DNA from: the human T2T-CHM13v2.0 reference genome, Homo sapiens
Assembly: GCF_009914755.1 (NCBI RefSeq)
Contig: NC_060934.1
Length of the DNA: 64,000 nt
Direction: 5' to 3' (one strand)
The translations under genes and the position numbers were made by a program. The notes below the pieces were generated by a model. The model searched no databases, was not told where the DNA came from, and saw only the letters and a list, made by a program, of their open reading frames with translations. Shown piece after piece: positions 55,601-64,000 of the stretch; position 1 is the stretch's first letter, and every line of letters begins with the position of its first letter.

Positions 55601-58409
55601 GAAGAAACATGAGAGTAATGAATAAGTAAATCATGGAGGAACTGATGATTATTTTGTCTTGAACTAAAGAATATGAGTAACTTTTCATCTTCATTGTTTA
55701 AAAAGAAAAATAAAAAATAAATTTTTCTAAATCAACAAACCAAAAACATCAAAAAAATCAAGGAGATTTGGCTATACACAATTCTCAACAGGCTAAAGGC
55801 AAGCTATTTTGTGTGTGTGTGACTTTTTTAGTGCATTTTATATTTGGTTCCAGAGTTTGGTTCTCTTAATTAAAATATGTTCCTGCTATTTTGAGTATGT
55901 TAGGTAAAGATAGTGTGACTTATTCTCAAAATATAGTTTTGTTTTTTTAAGCGCCAGGTTCCTCTAAATTATTATAAGCAATAGCTTCTCTTTGCAAATT
56001 AACCTTGGATATTATTTTAAAAACTTTTTTTTCCACGCAGCAATACAAATCACTGAACACAATGTTCAATCTTAAGTAATTATATTTATTCAGAAGGAAG
56101 TTGTGTGAAAATTTTCCTTTGGCTTCTCACTTGAATGACACAGTTAGAACACAGCAACTACAGTTGAGGCCAGACCCTCTTCTTTCATATTTATTAAGCA
56201 GTAGCCAAACCTGCCCCAGTATCTCTGATTATCACTGCAGTATCAGGACCACAGCCCATAGTTATTTTGTGCAGGTTTCTTATTGTACAAATGTGCAAAG
56301 CCAAGAGGGTAATAAGGACTGAAATGCAGCCTGAACTCTGTTAACCTAGCCACGTACACATGGGCTATCTTCTTCCAGAGCAGAAATACTGCTCTTTAAT
56401 TCATTAATAGAGTCCATATGGACTAGCAGTGTCTTTATTAGTCCCTTGCTTCACCCTCATCTCTTTGTACTCCCTGTTCCTTCTGATTTCCTTATAGTCC
56501 ATACCTGCTACCAGACTGGGGAGAGGAGAGGAGAATCTATAGTACCTTTCCTCCTTTCCATGGAGGGTGTAGGTACTTCCCTTCATCCAAAGCCAAGTGA
56601 GTGGGGGGTCCAACCTCTACAAATGAGTGGAAATTTGGGTGTCTACAAAAAGGACATGCTGACATCTCACCCCCTTTCTGCTAGATTACTCAGCTATGGA
56701 ATCTGCAGGCATAGAAAGGAGAGAGAATGAATCTTAATTTCTTGGCAGAGCCTGGCATTTATTTACTGGAGTTTGGGGAGAGTTTCCAAAGAGACAAAAG
56801 ACTGCTTCTCACCCTGGAGAAATCTGGAGACAGAATTTCCCAGATCAACAGAACAATTTGGAGTCATTGGATTGCACACATAGGAAGAAGAAGACTGGAA
56901 CTCATACCCAAGCTTGTTTCCATGGCAAAGAGTTAAATTAAGGTGGATTGCTTTTGAATAATCAAAGCCCAGCTCTAGAACCAAAGTAGAGTAAATCCAA
57001 ACCAAAGTCAAACCACAGAGGTGCTGCACAGTAATGTGGTGGCAGGAACAAGAGCTATTCTGCAAATGAAAACCAGGATGATGTTAGCAAATGGATGTGT
57101 GAGGAAATGGATGCTAGAGAGAATGCCTGAATTCTGCCCTTGGAAGATACAGAACAGCATCTCAGCAGGCCCCTGTGCCTTCAAGTGAAGTGAAAAACTC
57201 TTGAATAGAACAAGAAGAAGGGCTGTGAGGTTGCCCACTGGGCTCCTGAAAGAGATGGAAACCCCAGAGAGAGAGAGAGAAAGAGAGAAGTGGGTTTGTG
57301 AAAATCTCAGTGTTGAAAGAAGATACAGTAGTTTTTCTTTGTGTGCTTACCAATGGCGGGAGCCAGAGTGAAACTTAATTCCTACCTCAAGAAAATTATT
57401 CACATTCTTGTGGAAATTACCACATTGGTAAATAACATCAGCAACAGGTGGAATGAACCTGAGTCAGAGTAAGACAGGATACCTCCCCCACCAATACCTT
57501 TCCTTCTTTTCTACTCCCTCCTATCCCCTGCTTACACAGATGGCTAGACATAGAAGTGGGAGGAGAGAGGAAATATTCCAGAACCAAACATTTCTCTAAG
57601 GTGTTGGAGTGTGAGAATCTAAAATCAAACCCCACATCCCATTCACACTCCAAGTTCTCCAAAGTGAGGCCTTTCCTGGGGGTGGGTGATATGAGACTGA
57701 AGTCTTAAGTCGTTCTGGGCTCAGTGACTTTTCTAATAACCTAAAACCAGAGAATTTATCTAATATATTGTTAAGGAATCCGAAAAGAGGTTTGACAGAA
57801 TATGATTGTACACAGGGATTGAAGACAGAATAATTAGACCATTTTGTTATTACACTTTAAAAAGGTGCAACAACATGGGAAATATGTAGTTATTAGAGGG
57901 TAAACCTATAAATACTTCCCCTTGAACCTTAAGAAGAGACATAGAAAAATGGAGCTCTGTAAATTTAAAGGCTATGTATTACACTGGAGGGGTTTTCTGG
58001 CCTTTAAAAGCTTTCCTATCAGCTGTTTCCCTTGAGAAGGCCCTTTAAAGATTGACGTGTAGGAAGTGTGAACCACTTTTCAATCCTTCTGCCATTTGTT
58101 TATCCAACAAGGATTTTTCATCACCCTTTGTGCAGGCCTTTGCAATAGATGTCATGTGGGTTGGTTGAAGTGGACAAGAAGAGATTCAATATAACAGATA
58201 AAGGTTCTCATAGACTGCAGTGCAAAGCTTCAAAACTGGACCAAAAGCCAATGCTCTATCAGTGACAGAGAAACAAGTTCCAAATAACAAGAATGAATCA
58301 TAACACTTGTATTAAAGCCTGTCAATAGTATATGAAAGCTTTTAGAATAAATACAAGTTATTCCCACTTGCATGATCTGGCCCTTCTATCTAATTATCTT
58401 CTTTATTCA

Positions 58410-58570
58410 GGGTCAGAAAATACAAATTTTGATATTTTGATAATCATGGATTTTCTTGCATTCATTTTAGTTCTTAAAAATATTACATGAAAATATTATT
58501 TATCTCAATTTTTTGGCACCCCTTAAAATTTGTACCTGATATGTTGATTACCCTGGTTCCTGCCCTGCTA
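58410..58570. mobile_element. hAT-Tip100-type MER (MER91-like)
   Basis: aattttttggcaccccttaaaattt...ccctggttcctgccctg. Confidence 0.4.
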
Positions 58571-58764
58571 AGGAGAAACATTAATAAATTTAAAAAAATC
58601 CATAGTCCATATTTGATATTCTGTTATATTCTGAATACAACTTGGGAAGTAAAACAATGTTCTCTAGTTCCAGAGGACCCCAACCTCTGTCTCCTATGGT
58701 TTCCCAAGGCCATGGTGTGTGGAATTGAACATTGCACAATCTAAGGAAGACAGCAAAACTTTAT

Positions 58765-59200
58765 AGTTTTTTTTCCTCTGGCTGCTTTGAAGAGTTTCTC
58801 TTTATTTTAAGCCATTTAGTTACATTATGCCTTAGTAAAATTTTCTTCTTGCTTCTTATACTTGGGGCTGGTTGAGCTTCTTGAATCTACAGGTTTATAG
58901 CTTTCATCAAACCTAGAAAAATTAAAGCCATTATTTATTTAAAACATTTTTCTGAACCCCTACTTCTCATCAGGGACTCCAGTACTTCAATTACACATAT
59001 ATTGGGCTGCTTGAAGGTTCCCGATGCTCTGTTCATTTGTGTTTTCAGTCTTTTTTCTGTAGGGGTTTTATTATAGATGGCTCTATTGCTATGCCTTCAA
59101 GTTCACTATCCTATTTTATTTAGTGTTGAACCCACTGTTTATCCTACCCAGTGTATTTTTAATTTCAAACATTGCAGTTTTCAACTCTAGAAGGTCTATT
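58765..59200 (-). mobile_element. Old L1M 5'/ORF1-region fragment
   Basis: ctctggctgctttgaagagtttctcttta...gagcttcttgaatct...ccttcaagttcact. Confidence 0.55.
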
Positions 59201-59379
59201 TAATTACCTAATTAAACTACTTTCTTCCTCCTCTGCTACATTCTTTCTACAATGGTCTTAAGGCCCTTCTTAGAAAATGTTTAGTTCTTTTCTGCTTTAA
59301 GGCTTGTCCTTGATGTTTATGCAACTCAAAACACTCTTACCGGGCCTCAAAACATGGTCAACCCACCTCAACTTTCAGG

Positions 59380-59491
59380 TAGAGTGACTAGCTCATTCCA
59401 GTTCACCTCGGACTTCCCCAGTTTTAGCACTTAAAGTCCCACTCCTGAGAAATCCCTTAGTGCTAGCAATCCTGGATGATTAGCCACCCTA
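59380..59491. mobile_element. MER81-like hAT MITE with 8-bp TSD
   Basis: Terminal inverted repeats tagagtgac...gccacccta; internal gttttagcact-aaagtccc; TSD ctttcagg/ccttgagg. Confidence 0.75.
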
Positions 59492-59609
59492 CCTTGAGGC
59501 CTCTCAGGTTTAATGGTTTAATGTTACCTCCCCAGAGAGTCATTACCTCAGCACCCTAAGTGGCCTCTGAATAAAGAAATATAAATTACATGATAATGAA
59601 AAAAAAAAA

Positions 59610-60120
59610 AACCTCCAAGAGAAATAAGCTGTAATAAAAGCAAAAAGACAAGTGAAATACGGGAAATGAAAACATTTGCATTTTTGTCACAGACAAGAGT
59701 TAATATTTAAAGAACTTAATAAAACAAACAAACAAAAAACTCAACTACCCTGTAGGATGATGGGTTAAAAAGTGAACACAGTTTATAGAAAAAAAAAACT
59801 GAAATGACTCTTAATCACATGAAACCATGCTCAACCTCACTTATATAAAGGAAATGCAAACTAAAACTTTAAAACAATGTAATTTCTCACCTATTGGCTA
59901 TAATTCCAAAGTCTGACAGCATACACTATTTGTGAAGTTATGGGGAAGCAGTTATTCTCGTACTTTAATGGTACAACATTATGGTTGAGAATTTGGTAAT
60001 ATTTAGGTAAATTTCCTCTTTGACCTGGTAATTCCACTTTTCAAAATCGATTCCAAAGATATATGGGTAAAATTATAAACGCTATTTATGGAAGGAGTGT
60101 TAGTAACAGCAAAAGTTTAG
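59610..60120 (+). mobile_element. Old L1ME ORF2 3' fragment
   Basis: cacatgaaaccatgctcaacctcac...ggaaatgcaaactaaaac...ctttgacctggtaattccactt. Confidence 0.6.
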
Positions 60121-60548
60121 ATGCATGATTAGAGCTGGTGATTAAATTGTCAAACCAAAAATTTTTGAAAGTGAATATCAGATGTCATTCTTGAAGCAGT
60201 GTTCAATTAAAATAACAGCCACGGTTTAGGTAAGTTACCAAATGTGGCAAAAACTAAACTAAGTCCTGGGTAAAAAAGTGGAAATTTATTTATATGTAAT
60301 CTTTTGCCTGCTACTAGCTGGACAAGAGAAGACTGGGGTCAGTTTCAAATTTCAAAAATTTCTTCAATTCCTCTTCTACCCAAGCAAAACAGTGGTGTAT
60401 GATAAAATGGGAAATAGAGGTTTCTAGCCCAAGTCTCCCTGCCATTCTCTCTCATACATGCAAAATTGAATATAATATTTGAACCAGAATTCCCATCTGG
60501 GAATAAAGCCATCTCTAGAGCAGGAAAGTTATCAGAATATTAAAACTG

Positions 60549-60969
<421 letters not shown>

Positions 60970-61414
60970 TTATAAGGTCACACAGCTAGAGTTGCAGCCA
61001 GATGGATTTGGATAGGATCAATAGTTAGCTAGCAGGCTAAATACCAGTACTACCTAATATTAGGAAAAATCTATCAAAATGGGACAAAATAATGAGGAGA
61101 TGGGTGTAGGTATAATACGAAAGATCACCAAAGATTCACTGACCTCATAGCTTATTTCAAACTGCAAGAAGTAGTTTATTTCAAACTACTTTTTACCTGG
61201 ACTCCCAATCTTTAGCCCATCTCAAATTGCTTATATGACAACAAATATATGTTTATAACCTTATCATTCCTAGCTGTAGACTGTATCTTTCATGTTCTGG
61301 ATTCATGTATAGCTACCTCCAAGTTCTGCTTGTTGTTGTTTAATGAGTGACACATTTGGAGGTAGAATGGACATTCATTTGTGACCTTTCCAACACTCAT
61401 TTCTACTCAACTCC

Positions 61415-62830
61415 ATTTTATTTCTCCAACATCATTGGGGTACAATTGATAAATAAAAATTGTATATATTTAAGGTGTACAACCTCGTGTTTTGAGATGT
61501 ATGTCTATCTATACCTATATTCTGAATTGTTCATCACAATCAAATCTATCGCCTCACACATAGTTACCATTTTCTTTCTCTTTTTTTGGTGAGAACATTT
61601 AAGATCTACTATCTTAGCAAATTTTAAGTACACAAAAGAATATCATTAACTGTACTCATATTAGATCTCCAGAATTTATGCATCTTGCATACTGAAATTG
61701 TATACCCTTTGACCAACATCTCTCCATTTCCCCCTTCATCCAGCCCCTGGCAACTACTACTCTACTCTCTGCTTCTATGAGTTTGACTATTTTAAATTAC
61801 ACATGTAAGTGAGATCAGACAGTATTTGTCTTTCTGTGCCTGGCTTGTTAGCCTAATGTCCTCCAGACTCATCTACATTGTCACAAATGACAGGATGTCT
61901 TTATTTTTAAGGCTGAAAAATATTCCATTGTACATAATACCACATTTCTTTATTTATCCGTAGATGAAAACTTAGATTGTTGACATATCTTGGCTATTGG
62001 GTATAACGCTCCAATAAACATGAGAGTATCATTTTTTCTTTGAGATTTCAATTATTTTGGATTTATACCCAGATGTGAGATTGCTAGATCAAATAATAAA
62101 GTTTTTATTTTTTGAATAACTTCCATATTTATTTTCATGGTGATTGCATTAACTTACATTCCCACTAATAGTGTAAAAGGGTTACTTTTTTGTACCTCCT
62201 TACCAATACGTGCCTTTCTTTCTTTTTTTTTTGAAAATATTAATTTTTGTAGGTGTGAGGTAGTATCTCATCGTAGTTTTGGTTTGCATTTTCCTGATGA
62301 TTAGTGATGTCGAACATCTTTTCTTATGCCTAATGGCCAATTGTATGTCTTTTTTTTTTGAGAAATGTCTACTCATGTCCTTTACCTGTTTATTAATCAG
62401 GTTATTTTTTTCTTGTTACTAAGTTGTAGGAGTTCCTTAAGTATTTTGGATATGAACCTCTTATCAGATATATAGTTTGCAAATATTTTCTTCTATTCCA
62501 TAGGTTGCCTTTTCATTTTGTTGATGTTTTTTCACTGTGCAGAAACTTTTTAGTCTGATATAGTTTCAGTTGTCCATTTCTGTTTTTGTTGCCTGTGCTT
62601 TTAGTATAGACTTCAAGAAAATTTTGCCCAATCCAATGTTTAGAAGCTTTTCCCCTATGTTTTCCTTTGAGAGTTTTATTGTTTCAGGTTTTAGGTTTAA
62701 GCCTTTGATCTATTTTGAGTTGATTTTTGTATATGATGTGAGGTAAGTGTCCCATTTCATACTTTTACATCTCAACATTCAATTTTCCCAATATCATTTA
62801 TTGGAGAAACTATCTTTTCCCCATTTCATA
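61415..62830 (-). mobile_element. L1MA/MB 3' portion
   Basis: aattgtatatatttaaggtgtacaac...gagaacatttaagatctac...gcattttcctgatgattagtgatgt...tttgagttgatttttgtatatg. Confidence 0.82.
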
Positions 62831-62859
62831 CTTCATTTTCTATTTTCACTGGGATTTTT

Positions 62860-63400
62860 CTTTGGGGAATGATCACTCCACATCATTGCATAGCACCTAC
62901 TTGGTTGAGTTTAGGTAGGATTTACTCTGCTCTGGTTCCAGAACTGGGCTCTAATGCATTCAACATTGATTAGGGCTTTGTCATGGGGATTGGTAAAGAA
63001 ATGGTCATTAACATTGCTTGAATCTAATCAGTGCATCATATGTCTTTAGTCACAGTGATTGGATATGAAAATGCAACTTAAACTACAGTGGCTCATCAGA
63101 CCTAAGTCTAGGACTTGTGTTTGTGATAGTCTCTCTCTCCTTCTTATTTTTCTTTCCTCTCTCCCTGCCTCTCTTTCTCTCCTGGAAGCTATTGATACTT
63201 ATGCTATGACATCGAATGAGCAGTTCTTAGCACAAAAAGAAGGCACCGTAGAAAGTGAAGAGTTAGAAAGAAATAAAGTTCTTGTTGATATGCTGAACCA
63301 CTAGATCAAACCATCATACCTACCGACATTTGTACTTACTGTTTATAGGAACAAATAAATTCTGTTGTGATTTTAGTTCAATTTTCAATATGAAACTAAA
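62860..63400 (+). mobile_element. Old MaLR LTR (MLT1-like)
   Basis: tagtcacagtgattggat...gaaccactagatcaaacc...aaataaattctgttgtg...aaactaaaagca. Confidence 0.4.
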
Positions 63401-63414
63401 AGCATTGAAATAAA

Positions 63415-63620
63415 TAGTGGAGGCAATGTGATTTAGAGAACAAAAAAGTCTCATCATTGGAAATAAGCAGACCCGGATTCTACTCCAGTGACCAACTGTA
63501 AGACCTTGGGGCTGTCATTATAACTTTGTATATACTACATTTTCCTTAGCTGTAAATTTTGTAATCTAATATTTGCCTTGCTTAATATTACATGGTATTG
63601 TGAATATCGCATGAAATAAT
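63415..63620 (+). mobile_element. MIR SINE
   Basis: gcagacccggattc...tgtaagaccttgggg-tgtcattataac...tttccttagctgtaaa. Confidence 0.55.
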
Positions 63621-64000
63621 TATTTTGGGTTAGGAAGACCTGAAAACTCTGTGCAATTGAATCGTAGGTGATATTATTACCATCAGAAGATCTTGCAGCC
63701 ATCAAGATCTTATTATAGTACATTGCTTTCTTCCCTTCTCTGAGTTGCAAGTTGACATGAATAATTCATCAAAATTTGCACTTCCAGAAAACACTTGACG
63801 AAAACAGGAGTGGAAGTTTCTAAAGCAAAGTGGATTTTATTAGGGTGCTTAATATGAGTATTTATAGCCAAATTGTTTCCCAATTGACTTTGCAATCCTT
63901 GTTTGTGATTTGTAATTATTGGTGAATAATTGCAATTATCATTTGCTTAATGAGACAATAATTCCCCCTCTCTCTCTCTATCTTTATTTTCCCTTTAGTA

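Overview
This is primate, almost certainly human, AT-rich intergenic or intronic DNA dominated by interspersed repeats. I found no recognisable cellular protein-coding gene, RNA gene or CRISPR array. Main elements: (1) a near full-length young L1HS (Ta-1d-type diagnostics) on the minus strand at 1-5669, with intact ORF1 and antisense ORF0 but ORF2 broken by two frameshifts; its 3' end lies outside the window. (2) A decayed HERV-L provirus (MLT2A1-type LTRs, minus strand, ~43650-50195) with gag/pro/pol/dUTPase remnants, a deletion of the RT catalytic YIDD region, an Alu insertion and a truncated 5' LTR. (3) A twin-primed, 5'-inverted old L1PA at 27.8-29.7 kb with a 5'-truncated Alu in its target-site duplication. 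(4) A nested L1/MaLR/Tigger cluster at 21.8-26.7 kb, plus many Alu, MIR, L2, MaLR and hAT fossils and a probable RTE-clade fossil. The most unusual structure is inside the HERV-L 3' LTR: a perfect 38-bp-arm AT-rich palindrome directly abutting a ~200-bp, ~97%-identical inverted copy of nearby flanking DNA. This forms a long inverted repeat downstream of an LTR promoter family known to be DUX4-responsive. Repeat subfamily calls are from recalled consensus sequences, not a database search, and old-repeat boundaries are approximate. Most other ORF-track entries are chance or repeat-derived frames.
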